Assembly (NCBI GenBank): GCA_036517595.1
Contig: DATDVJ010000037.1
Coordinates: 1-41,826, forward strand
Length of the DNA stretch: 41,826 nt
Direction of reading: 5' to 3'
Source: Minisyncoccota bacterium
GTDB taxonomy: Bacteria; Patescibacteriota; Minisyncoccia; Phycocordibacterales; JACOZG01
Shown here: piece by piece, positions 16,954 through 25,543 of the stretch
Layout of the letters: each line of letters begins with the position of its first letter
Numbering within the stretch: position 1 is the stretch's first letter
The notes under the pieces: generated by a model
Database searches by the model: none
Told to the model about the DNA's origin: nothing
Seen by the model: the letters and a program-made list of their open reading frames with translations, nothing else
Program-made: the position numbers and the translations under genes

Positions 16954-17565
16954 ATGTATTTTCTAAAAGCTAAAACCTTTTCCCTAAAAGCTATTTCCGG
17001 TTTCACCCTCATCGAGCTCCTCGTCGTCATCGCGATTATCTCACTCCTCTCGAGCATTGTGTTGGCGAGCTTTACTCAAGCGCGGGCGAGGGCTCGCGAT
17101 GCTGTGCGCCTTTCGGATTTGCACCAGATTCGATTGGCCTTGGAGTTATTCTTTGATGATAAAGGGCATTATCCTGGTTGTGATGAGGGGATTAATTCTG
17201 GTTGGCGTAAAATTCGTTATGACAGTGCTGGAAATGGTACCGATATCGTTTTGCTACTACAACCTTATATGGGAGGCGGGCGAGTGCCGGAAGATCCGCG
17301 AGATGACATTGATGACACAAATTATTATTATGCCTACGATGCGGAACATTTTGTGGGGCAGTATCCTTCCTGCCCGGTGATTTGTTCGTCTACCGATTGT
17401 GCCACGACATTATCGATAAACAAAAGCGAATCTGGCCAAGTTTATCATCGAGACACAACTTGTGGGATAGAGGGGAATATTGGCATGGATGATCCTGGCG
17501 ATAATTCATCGGTTTATAACATCACGTTGTATCCAAAAGCCAAACCAATGTCATCTTGCCCTTGA
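16954..17565 (+). CDS. Prepilin-type N-terminal cleavage/methylation domain protein (type IV pilin / pseudopilin)
   Basis: Class III signal KAISG|FTLIELLVVIAIISLLSSIVLAS, followed by a Cys-containing globular domain. Confidence 0.8.
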   Translation: MYFLKAKTFSLKAISGFTLIELLVVIAIISLLSSIVLASFTQARARARDAVRLSDLHQIRLALELFFDDKGHYPGCDEGINSGWRKIRYDSAGNGTDIVLLLQPYMGGGRVPEDPRDDIDDTNYYYAYDAEHFVGQYPSCPVICSSTDCATTLSINKSESGQVYHRDTTCGIEGNIGMDDPGDNSSVYNITLYPKAKPMSSCP

Positions 17566-17662
17566 TTTAATTTTGTTCTCATGCTACACTACGCAGGTAG
17601 TCAGGATTAATGGCTAAGAACATGGCTACTTTAGCAGATTAAATTAAATATCAATTATCACT

Positions 17663-18124
17663 ATGATTACTCAAATCACTATTCGTTTAATCGCGTTGGG
17701 AACGATCTTATCTTTGAGTCTGGTGCCCTTCTTGGCTAAGGCCGAGAGCGCCAATCTCAATATTAACTTCCCAAACGGCGGGGAGTCGCTCGAGCAGAGG
17801 AATATTTATCCATTTCAGTGGTCGGGGGTGGCCAGTGGTGTGACCTTATCATTGGTGAGCGGTGAGAATGATAAGAATATTTTTCTCATTGCCACGGTGC
17901 CGAGTCAAGCGGCCGAGCACGGCGTCTACCTCTGGACGGTGCCGACCGATCTTCCAGTGGGGCAAAATTATCGTTTGATTATCGAAGATGGCACCGGAAC
18001 GGTTCTTGGCGCAAGTGATCGGCCATTCAATATAATTAAGCCGATTGAAACCAAGCAAGCGAAGGTTAATCAATTGGCCAACATCTTCCAAATCCTCGAT
18101 AACATTCTTAATCGGTGGAAGTAA
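17663..18124 (+). CDS. Secreted hypothetical protein with an Ig-like (Kre9/KNH-type) domain
   Basis: Signal peptide ..PFLAKAES. FPNGGESLEQRNIYPFQWSG...YLWTVPTDLPVGQNYRLIIEDG resembles the SPNGGENWQKGTTQRIGWSW domain of the next gene. Confidence 0.5.
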   Translation: MITQITIRLIALGTILSLSLVPFLAKAESANLNINFPNGGESLEQRNIYPFQWSGVASGVTLSLVSGENDKNIFLIATVPSQAAEHGVYLWTVPTDLPVGQNYRLIIEDGTGTVLGASDRPFNIIKPIETKQAKVNQLANIFQILDNILNRWK

Positions 18125-18181
18125 TGGAGGAAGCAAGGTGGATAACCTTGTTTATTTCGTTTGCTTGTGGTAGGATCTAGG

Positions 18182-18214
18182 TAGCTTCTAGCTTCTAGCT
18201 TCTAGCTTCTAGCC
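18182..18214. repeat. Heptamer tandem repeat (TAGCTTC) x4 plus a partial unit
   Basis: tagcttc tagcttc tagcttc tagcttc tagcc places TAG stops in all three frames. Related TAGCT-rich stretches occur at 14388-14430 and 39123-39160. Confidence 0.8.
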
Positions 18215-18244
18215 ATTATTTACCTTAATTTATTATCGTTAACT

Positions 18245-20323
18245 ATGAAAATAGTCAAATTTCTCGCGGTTGGTTTGATGGTGCTCGCTTTCGTCATTGC
18301 GCCGCTCACGACCAGGGCGCAGACAGTTGAAGAATTACAGAGACAAATTGCTTACCTAACGGAGCAGATCAAAATGCTTCAAAATCAGTCGGGCACTGGT
18401 ACGACCTGGTGCCACACCTTCAATCAGAATTTGGGGGTGGGGGCGAAGGGGGAGGAGGTGAAAAATCTCCAACAAGCCCTGTCGTTTCAAGGTTTCAAAA
18501 CTGAGATGTTTGACGGCGTTTACAGTGAAGTTACGGCCGCCGCGGTTTCGCAATTTCAGTTGAAGTATAAAGAAGAAATCTTAACCTCAAGTGGTCTCGA
18601 TGCCCCGACGGGTTATTTCGGCCCCGCCTCGCGCCGGAAGATGAATAGTTTGTATGGGTGCAACACGACGCAACCGGTGCCGTCTCCAACGCCGATCCCA
18701 ATGCCGCCAAAGACATATATCGGGGCCGATCTCTCTGTCGCTAATTTTGAGTTAAACGCCGATGGTCCCAAGGCCCTTTTCTGTAATAGTGGCTCGGTGC
18801 AATTAAATAATTTTCCGTTGGAAATTTGGATTAACGATGTAACGCGTAACTTTGATTTAGCAGGCGTTTTGACCCCCGGTGCTTGCCAGACCCATCAATG
18901 GTATTACGCTACTTGGGGTCTATCCTTTGGTGGTAGTTACCATGGTGTCGTCTCGGTGGATCCATATGGAGTTTATGCAGAAATTAATGAGACGAATAAC
19001 AAAGTAAGTGCAAATTATGGAACTCCGATTCCGTATCCGACACCAACGCCCACGAGTGGACTAACGGTAGTTTCTCCCAATGGCGGTGAAAACTGGCAAA
19101 AGGGGACGACGCAACGAATCGGTTGGAGTTGGAAGACAGATATGTTTGTTGGTCAGCAATTCGCTATTTATCTCACTCCAGTGAATTGGAGTTCTACCAA
19201 CCCACAACTCGTTATCACTACCGGTATCGCCGGGACAAGTTATTATGATTGGGAAGTGGGTAAGGCAAAGAATCTCGTTACCGGGGGGAGTGTCGTGCCG
19301 AGTCAGAGTTATTACATCGATATTTGTGCTCCTAGTAATTTTGGCGGACGAGTGTGTGACCGCAGTGACTCCTTCTTCTGGATTCGTGATCCCGATACGC
19401 AGCCGGTCCCAGCTAATTTTCCACCTTCAATTTCCGGTGTCTCCGGTCCGACCTCGCTCAAAATCGGCGAAACCGGCACTTGGGTGGTGAAGGCGAGTGA
19501 TCCGGAAAACGGCCTGCTGTCTTATTATGTAAATTGGGGTGAGTTTTTTGGAGACAGCGCTGTTGGTGCTGTGTCGCCAGTTTTATTATCGAGTCAAACC
19601 GCCACTTTTACTCACTCTTACGCGGTCACCGGCACCTATTATCCGAAATTCAGAGTGACGGATAACGCCGGTCAATCAAACAGCGCGAGTTTGTCCGTGG
19701 TGGTGGGGGGTGGAGGTAATGGGTGTGAAAACGGCGCGATGTATAATTATCTCACTGGCGAGCCGTGTGCTGTCCCTGCCACGATTACACCTTCCATCAT
19801 CTCCAGCAATCCGCTGACTGGAGCAATTGATGCGAGACGACCAGTCAATTCAGACGGATCATCCTACACTTACAATCTTGGCGCTATTTTGACGATGTCT
19901 GGGAATGTATCGATGGGAAATCTGAAGCCAACCGATTTTTCGATCAAGATTAGTGATGGCAGTAGTAGAGAAGTAGTCAATTTAGGTTTTAGTGATAATC
20001 CTAATCTTGGTCTGCGAGTTAATCAAGTCAACGTTGTTTCTCAATCAGTCTCTAGTAGTGAGAGAATTTTGCTTACTCACAAACCATCCGGTTCCTCGAT
20101 CTGTATTGGAGGAATTCTTCCTGGCGATATTGACCAGAGCGGAGTGGTGACCCCAGCTGATATTCTTGAGATGATTGATATTATCAATGGTGTTAGGACT
20201 GCTCCGTCGTATGTTGCCGATTTTGATCGCAATGGAGTGGTTAATAACGCCGATCGCCTAGCCCTTATTGATTACGTGAACGCTAATAATGGGAAAACAC
20301 TTCCCGCTTGTCCGGCCCTCTAG
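18245..20323 (+). CDS. Large secreted surface protein: coiled-coil, PG-binding domain, Ig-like/PKD domains, C-terminal dockerin-like repeats
   Basis: Signal peptide ..TTRAQT; LGVGAKGEEVKNLQQALSFQGF..AAVSQFQ (PG_binding_1-like); PKD-like LKIGETGTWVVKASDPENG..YYPKFRVTDNAGQS; CENGAMYNYLTGEPC motif; GDIDQSGVVTPADILEMID and DFDRNGVVNNADRLALIDYVN (dockerin/EF-hand-like pair). Confidence 0.8.
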   Translation: MKIVKFLAVGLMVLAFVIAPLTTRAQTVEELQRQIAYLTEQIKMLQNQSGTGTTWCHTFNQNLGVGAKGEEVKNLQQALSFQGFKTEMFDGVYSEVTAAAVSQFQLKYKEEILTSSGLDAPTGYFGPASRRKMNSLYGCNTTQPVPSPTPIPMPPKTYIGADLSVANFELNADGPKALFCNSGSVQLNNFPLEIWINDVTRNFDLAGVLTPGACQTHQWYYATWGLSFGGSYHGVVSVDPYGVYAEINETNNKVSANYGTPIPYPTPTPTSGLTVVSPNGGENWQKGTTQRIGWSWKTDMFVGQQFAIYLTPVNWSSTNPQLVITTGIAGTSYYDWEVGKAKNLVTGGSVVPSQSYYIDICAPSNFGGRVCDRSDSFFWIRDPDTQPVPANFPPSISGVSGPTSLKIGETGTWVVKASDPENGLLSYYVNWGEFFGDSAVGAVSPVLLSSQTATFTHSYAVTGTYYPKFRVTDNAGQSNSASLSVVVGGGGNGCENGAMYNYLTGEPCAVPATITPSIISSNPLTGAIDARRPVNSDGSSYTYNLGAILTMSGNVSMGNLKPTDFSIKISDGSSREVVNLGFSDNPNLGLRVNQVNVVSQSVSSSERILLTHKPSGSSICIGGILPGDIDQSGVVTPADILEMIDIINGVRTAPSYVADFDRNGVVNNADRLALIDYVNANNGKTLPACPAL

Positions 20324-20470
20324 TTTCTCTCGGTTAATTCAATGTCAAGGGTAACCCTTCCGTTTTAGGCTACATTCAATAAGAACCAGTACGTTCGAAT
20401 AATATCTCAAGCGGAGTTTTTCCGCCATGTCGCCCCTTAGCTAGTTGAAACTGTTACCAAGCGTTCCACG

Positions 20471-21234
20471 GTTAGACAATAAATAGGTTACCGTAGTCAG
20501 CTATGACTACGATGACAAAACACGAGGTAATCAAGGAGACTCTGAGTGAATATCTTAGAGCTGGAAAAATTGAGAAAGGTAAGATTTTGGATCGGTTAGA
20601 AGCCACCGTGCGAATGCATCGTAAGGCGATTGTTCGTTGGTTACGAGTACTCCAGTTGAGGCGGGTCGGCTGGAATTGGAATGACGAACGCGGTCGAAAA
20701 GTTTACTACACCGCCGATGTGACCGAAGCGCTACGCAACGTTTGGAACATTGCTCACGAATTGTGCGCCGAGAGATTACACGCCATCATCGGCGAATAGG
20801 TGAACGTCTTGCAGAGAGATAATGACTGGTCGTTCAATGATGAAATCACCGGCAAACTTCCTGAAGTTTGCCGGGTACATCCACATCGAGACCGACGAGA
20901 GATTGGAGAAACTCCGAGCCGTGTGTCGACCACTCGAGGTGTACATCAATCACTTCTTGCCGTCGATGAAGTGCGTGAAAAAGATTCGCTACAACATCAA
21001 CCATTCATCGAGAAAGTACGATGTGCCGAAGACACCGTATCAGCGATTGATGGAGCACGCCAAGATACCCGCTGGAGTCAAGGCGAAGCTGAAAAACTTC
21101 CACGAGACGCTTAATCCAAAAACTTTGCACGATGAAATTTTGCCGGCGAGAAGAGAACTCTTTCGGGGGGCAAAATTTACTAAAAGTGATATAATCTAAA
21201 GACTGATTTCGGTAACACTTAATTATTGTCTAAC
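20471..21234 (+). mobile_element. Internally deleted insertion sequence with retained terminal inverted repeats
   Basis: IRL GTTAGACAATAAATAGGTTACCG (20471-20493) matches the reverse complement of IRR (21210-21234), GTTAGACAATAATTAAGTGTTACCG. The 12 outer nt are identical and both share the inner TTACCG. Only transposase N- and C-terminal remnants lie between them. Confidence 0.6.
20503..21199 (+). pseudogene. DDE (rve-type) transposase remnant lacking the catalytic core
   Basis: The N-terminal HTH part (..ILDRLEATVRMHRKAIVRWL..LCAERLHAIIGE) ends at an in-frame TAG (20797-20799). After a frame change near 20866, the C-terminal part follows (FAGYIHIETDERLEKL..YINHFLPSMK..YDVPKTPYQRLMEH..LNPKTL). 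There are only ~230 codons in total, and no D-D-E region is visible. Confidence 0.55.
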
Positions 21235-21342
21235 AAGGTTCGTAATTCAAAGTTACTTATAATGTACCGGCGGTGCACTTCTATGTTGAACTCAGGAGCT
21301 TCCCCCTTCGGTCATTAAACCAAGTAAAAACTTAAATAACTT

Positions 21343-21945
21343 ATGCGGTCGTCCATAATGTCTAAAAATAAAATAGAGAAATTGCTGGCAGACGAAGAAT
21401 CAAGGACCAGTATCAAAAGAGTTATTCTCGGTACGATTGGCGTTGCTGGTTTGCTAACGATGATGGCTGTTGTGCCCAATGCCTTGCAAGCCCTAACTCT
21501 TTTTGGCGTCGGCAAACGAAAATATAACCCGAGATACCATATTCAGAAAACATTACAGAAACTACTTGATCGAGGTCTAGTTAAATTGGAAAGAAATAAC
21601 CAGGGAATCAATTGTGTCCGACTGACGGAAAGGGGTCAGATCGAGTTGCAAAAGTATGAATTAAGTAAGTTGGTGATAAAAAAACCAAAACATTGGGACG
21701 GCAAATATCACTTGATTATTTTCGATATCAAGGAATGGAAGCGTGGAACGAGAAACCAACTAAGAACTTGGCTTGAACACCTTGGTTTCATCAGGCTTCA
21801 AAACAGTGTTTGGGCTTATCCTTATGAATGTCGAGAGGTTATAACCCTATTGAAATCATTTTTTCACCTAGGAAAAGAAGTTCTTTACATTATCGCTGAT
21901 CAAATTGAAAATGACCAATGGCTTCGTCGAGAGTTCGGTCTCTAG
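21343..21945 (+). CDS. PaaX-like / Cas2-fold domain protein with an N-terminal TM segment
   Basis: The C-terminal WDGKYHLIIFDIKEWKRGTRNQLRTWLEHLGFIRLQNSVWAYPYEC matches the PaaX C-terminal/Cas2-like pattern. Hydrophobic ILGTIGVAGLLTMMAVVPNAL lies near the N-terminus. Confidence 0.65.
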   Translation: MRSSIMSKNKIEKLLADEESRTSIKRVILGTIGVAGLLTMMAVVPNALQALTLFGVGKRKYNPRYHIQKTLQKLLDRGLVKLERNNQGINCVRLTERGQIELQKYELSKLVIKKPKHWDGKYHLIIFDIKEWKRGTRNQLRTWLEHLGFIRLQNSVWAYPYECREVITLLKSFFHLGKEVLYIIADQIENDQWLRREFGL

Positions 21946-22033
21946 CTAGCTTTTATTAGACAACTTATGCGGTCGTCTAAGTCATCTAATCTTTTGGTAG
22001 TCGAAGCAGCGGCGATGTAGTAAGCTCTAAGAG

Positions 22034-22834
22034 ATGAATCTAATCGACATCCACGCTCATTTGCAATTCCCGCAATTTGATGAAGATCGGGAGGTGGTGA
22101 TCGGGCGGGCGAGGGTGATGGGGATTGGGGTGATTAATGTGGGAACGGATCTTGAGATTTCACGCCGGGCAATTGAGTTGGCCGAGAAGTATTCTGATAT
22201 GATGCGGGCAATAGTTGGCATTCATCCGACGGATCCGCCCGAGACGGATAAATTTGATAAGACATTTATTGAATTAGGGGAATTAGCTAAACATTCTCTG
22301 GTAGTGGGTATCGGTGAATGTGGCCTTGATTATTTTCATGTTAAGGATAGCGAAGAAAGAAAAAAGCAAAAAGAAATTTTTGAACGGCAAATCGTTTTAG
22401 CGCAGAAAGTAAATAAACCGTTAATGATTCATTGCCGGAATGCTTACGAAGATCTTTTGGAAATTCTGGCTAAAAAGCTACAAGCTAATGAAGCCAAAAG
22501 CTTACTTGGTAACATCCATTTCTTCGCCAGTGACTGGTCGATGGCTCAAAAATTTCTTGATCTTGGTTGCTATCTTTCTTTCACGGGAGTTATTACATTT
22601 ATTCGCGATTATGACGAAGTGATAAAAAATATACCGCTTGATCGGATTATGATCGAGACGGATTGCCCTTTCGTCGCTCCAGTGCCTTATCGGGGGAGGC
22701 GTAATGAGCCATCATATTTGCCGCTGGTTGCCGAACGCGTCGCAGCGATTCGGGGGCTCTCGATTGATGAAATTATTCAAGCCACCAGCTCCAATGCCCA
22801 ACACTTGTTTGCTTTTTCGCCCGACTTTTGTTAG
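22034..22834 (+). CDS. tatD: TatD family metal-dependent hydrolase (DNase)
   Basis: IDIHAHLQF, GECGLDYFH, MIHCRNA, IHFFASDW, ETDCPF motifs. Confidence 0.9.
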   Translation: MNLIDIHAHLQFPQFDEDREVVIGRARVMGIGVINVGTDLEISRRAIELAEKYSDMMRAIVGIHPTDPPETDKFDKTFIELGELAKHSLVVGIGECGLDYFHVKDSEERKKQKEIFERQIVLAQKVNKPLMIHCRNAYEDLLEILAKKLQANEAKSLLGNIHFFASDWSMAQKFLDLGCYLSFTGVITFIRDYDEVIKNIPLDRIMIETDCPFVAPVPYRGRRNEPSYLPLVAERVAAIRGLSIDEIIQATSSNAQHLFAFSPDFC

Positions 22835-22835
22835 C

Positions 22836-23390
22836 ATGCCAAGAATGACAGGCGAGATGAAAAACGAGGTAATCGAAGAATCACCAATCGTCGAGACCAT
22901 TGAGAATAGCGATGATCGCGAATCGCGGCTCTATGAGCTCGGCTGTCTTCTGGTGCCAATTATTGCCGTGGAATCTCTTGCCAGTACCATCGAGACCTTA
23001 ATTCGTGGCACCATTGTCTCGGCTGGTGGGCAGATTACCCACAGTGAGGAACCCCGATCTACTACCCTCGCGTATCCGATCAGGAAAACGATTGATAATA
23101 AAAATGTTCGTTTCAAAGAAGCCCACTTTGTTTTTTGCCGCTTCAGGATCTCGCCGGAGAAGGTCATCGAGCTCGATCAGGTCTTCCGATTTTCTCCAAT
23201 CCTGCTTCGTCATCTGCTCACCGAACTCCCAGTGATCCAAACAGAGGAATCACATCATCGATTGCCGGAGCCAGTTCCCTCGTCGATCGAATCGTCGAAA
23301 AAGGTTGAGGAACCGTTACCGCTCATGAGAACAATGAGTGATGCCGACATGGACGAGGAGATCGAAGGGTTACTCAAATATGTATCTTAA
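22836..23390 (+). CDS. rpsF: 30S ribosomal protein S6 with N- and C-terminal extensions
   Basis: S6 core: YELGCLLVP..IETLIRGTIVSAGGQITHSEEPRSTTLAYPIRK. First gene of rpsF-ssb-rpsR. The track ORF from 22704 overlaps tatD; ATG 22836 follows the tatD stop. Confidence 0.8.
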   Translation: MPRMTGEMKNEVIEESPIVETIENSDDRESRLYELGCLLVPIIAVESLASTIETLIRGTIVSAGGQITHSEEPRSTTLAYPIRKTIDNKNVRFKEAHFVFCRFRISPEKVIELDQVFRFSPILLRHLLTELPVIQTEESHHRLPEPVPSSIESSKKVEEPLPLMRTMSDADMDEEIEGLLKYVS

Positions 23391-23850
23391 TAAAGCAATT
23401 ATTATTGGCAATCTTACTCGCGATCCGGAATTGCGGTCTCTGCCATCGGGAGTGAAGGTGACCTCTTTTTCTCTCGCTACCAATCGGTTCTGGAAGGATA
23501 AGAATGGGGCTAAACAAGAGGATACGCAGTACCACAATATTGTCGTTTTCGCTCAGCAGGCCGAGCTCGTAGCACAATATTTGAAGAAGGGTCAATCGGC
23601 GCTCGTCGAGGGTCGGATTCAGAACCGGAGTTGGGATGCGCCCGATGGGACCAAGAAGTATCGTTCGGAAATTGTAGCTGATCGTGTTCAGTTTGGGCCG
23701 AAAGCGGGTAGCGGAGGTTATCCGCCAGCTGCCTCTGGCGGTGCTCCCGAGGGAGTGGATACCGGCGGCGCGGGGTCTCATCCGGCAGAGCCAATTAAAA
23801 CTATCCAGTATCCGGATGAAAATATTAATCCCGCTGACATTCCTTTTTAA
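23380..23850 (+). CDS. ssb: Single-stranded DNA-binding protein
   Basis: MYLNKAIIIGNLTRDPELRSLPSG..VTSFSLATNR OB fold, Gly/Pro-rich tail, C-terminal ..ADIPF. The ATG overlaps the rpsF stop. Confidence 0.92.
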   Translation: MYLNKAIIIGNLTRDPELRSLPSGVKVTSFSLATNRFWKDKNGAKQEDTQYHNIVVFAQQAELVAQYLKKGQSALVEGRIQNRSWDAPDGTKKYRSEIVADRVQFGPKAGSGGYPPAASGGAPEGVDTGGAGSHPAEPIKTIQYPDENINPADIPF

Positions 23851-23867
23851 CTTCTAATTTCCAAACT

Positions 23868-24068
23868 ATGAAATACTGTCACTTTTGCAATAACAATGTC
23901 AGACATATTGACTATAAAGATGTGGAAACGCTCAAGCGTTTTTTGGATCCCCATGCGCGAATTAGCAGTCGCCGGCGCACGGGCGTTTGCGCCACCCATC
24001 AGCGCAAACTCTCACTCGCCGTCAAGCACGCCCGCTTCTTGGCGCTCCTGCCTTTCATCGCGCGGTAG
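23868..24068 (+). CDS. rpsR: 30S ribosomal protein S18
   Basis: IDYKDVETLKRFLDPHARISSRRRTGVCATHQRKLSLAVKHARFLALLPF. Confidence 0.92.
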   Translation: MKYCHFCNNNVRHIDYKDVETLKRFLDPHARISSRRRTGVCATHQRKLSLAVKHARFLALLPFIAR

Positions 24069-24080
24069 ATTTCGTTTAGC

Positions 24081-24419
24081 ATGCATGGTAAAATGGTTAT
24101 TATGAAATACCCAAACACTTTACAAAAAGGAAAAGTTCGCTTCATCATCTTCAAAGAAGACGATGTTTGGTTTGGTGCCGGACTCGAGTTTAATATTGTT
24201 GTCGAGGGTGAATCTCGAGAGGAGGCTGTAAATAATCTGTTTGGTGCTATTACTGGCTACATCAACTCGGCCAGAAAAATAAAAGCTCGACCACATATTT
24301 TAAATCAAATTACGGATTCGGAATACGAAGATCTTTGGTTTAAACTAAATAATAACAAACCCATCCCCTCACCTTATCAAGAAGTTAGTTTTGGAACACA
24401 GTTGCTAGCCAATGCCTAG
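24081..24419 (+). CDS. HicB-like antitoxin
   Basis: VRFIIFKEDDVWFGAGLEFNIVVEGESREEAVNNLFGAITGYINS is paralogous to the 40380..40757 product (IECLVYKESNAFVGVCLTFDIVEEGDNPTELMKSVREAAELHLET). Confidence 0.6.
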   Translation: MHGKMVIMKYPNTLQKGKVRFIIFKEDDVWFGAGLEFNIVVEGESREEAVNNLFGAITGYINSARKIKARPHILNQITDSEYEDLWFKLNNNKPIPSPYQEVSFGTQLLANA

Positions 24420-24442
24420 AGGCGTTTTTAACTGGACTTTTG

Positions 24443-24847
24443 ATGATGTTGCTGAAAGATTTTGATAAGTGGAATGAGAAGAAGAAAGAAACTCACCGTG
24501 AGGAGAAGGCAGTGATTTTCTATGAACGAGAGGTTTGGTGGTGCTCGCTGGGTGTCAATGTTGGTGTTGAAATTGATGGCAAGCACGAACTTTTTCTAAG
24601 ACCAGTGGCTATTATTCAGAAATTTAATAAAGACATGGCTCTAGTAATGCCGATGACAGATCGAGCAAAAAATAACAAGTATTATTTTTCAATCTCTGGC
24701 GAGGATGGTAAAAGCTACAATGTTTGCTTGTCGCATATTCGCTCGATTAGTTCCAAAAGACTTTTGAGAAAGATTGGTGTTATCAGTTTAAAAGATTTTG
24801 AGATGGTATTAGAGAAGGTTACGAAGATGATTAAGCGGGAACTTTAA
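24443..24847 (+). CDS. PemK/MazF-family toxin-like protein
   Basis: FDKWNEKKKETH..FYEREVWWCSLGVNVGVEIDGKHELFLRPVAII..ALVMPMTDR..VCLSHIRSISSKRL fits the MazF/PemK SH3-like pattern. ATG 24443 is preferred over TTG 24440. Confidence 0.6.
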   Translation: MMLLKDFDKWNEKKKETHREEKAVIFYEREVWWCSLGVNVGVEIDGKHELFLRPVAIIQKFNKDMALVMPMTDRAKNNKYYFSISGEDGKSYNVCLSHIRSISSKRLLRKIGVISLKDFEMVLEKVTKMIKREL

Positions 24848-24856
24848 ACAACGAAA

Positions 24857-24874
24857 CCCCGCTGTAAAGCGGGG
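24857..24874. terminator. Hairpin between convergent genes (probable terminator)
   Basis: CCCCGCT-gtaa-AGCGGGG. A T-rich tract follows on the minus strand (efp side); the tail on the plus strand is weak. Confidence 0.4.
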
Positions 24875-24958
24875 AATCTCGGAGGCCGAAGCCCATAATG
24901 TTTCCATTATAGGTTAAATTGAGATGGAGTCAAATAGATTGGGGGATAACTCTGATTA

Positions 24959-25519
24959 TTATTTTCGCTCCACATATTCACCAGTTTCGGTGTTGATTCG
25001 GATAACATCACCTTCGTTGATAAACATTGGGACATTGACAGTGAGACCAGTCTCGAGAACAACTTGCTTCACGCCACCTGAGACAGTGTTGCCACGAACC
25101 GCTGGTGCCGCTTCTTTAACCCGGAGATCAATTTTGATCGGGATTTCGATTCCCAGTAGGCGCTCATTGAAGGTTAGAAGTTTAATATTTGAATTCGGTT
25201 TAACATAAATTATTTTAGCCGCCACTTTCTCCGGTTCCAATTTGAACCGCTTGGATTTATCATTCACTTCGCAAAACCAATACTCATTTTTATTATTATA
25301 AAGATAAATTACTTCTCGCTTTTCGATCTCAGCTTCATCAACTTTATCGCTCACCGCGAACGAGTGTTCGCGGACGCCACCGGTGATTAAGTTCTTCAGT
25401 TTCGTGGCGTTAACTGGCTTTCGTTGCTGTTTCCGGAAGACATGGGACTCCATCACCTCGAATGGTTCGCCATCGAGGACGATAAATTTTTTCGGTTTGA
25501 TGTCGTTGTAATCAAGCAT
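24959..25519 (-). CDS. efp: Elongation factor P
   Basis: MLDYNDIKPKKFIVLDGEPFEVMESHVFRKQQRKPVNATKLKNLITG; 186 aa, three-domain length. Confidence 0.95.
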   Translation of the reverse strand: MLDYNDIKPKKFIVLDGEPFEVMESHVFRKQQRKPVNATKLKNLITGGVREHSFAVSDKVDEAEIEKREVIYLYNNKNEYWFCEVNDKSKRFKLEPEKVAAKIIYVKPNSNIKLLTFNERLLGIEIPIKIDLRVKEAAPAVRGNTVSGGVKQVVLETGLTVNVPMFINEGDVIRINTETGEYVERK

Positions 25520-25543
25520 TGGTTTTTAGATAATTAAAACAAA

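Noticed and set aside
16875-17057. Minus-strand ORF 16875..17057.
   Set aside because: It overlaps tRNA-Ile and the start of the pilin gene, and no coding signal is recognisable.
18182-18214. Possible CRISPR array, because of the tandem repeat.
   Set aside because: The units are 7 nt with no spacers. No cas genes are nearby, and the Cas2-fold gene at 21343 belongs to the PaaX-like family.
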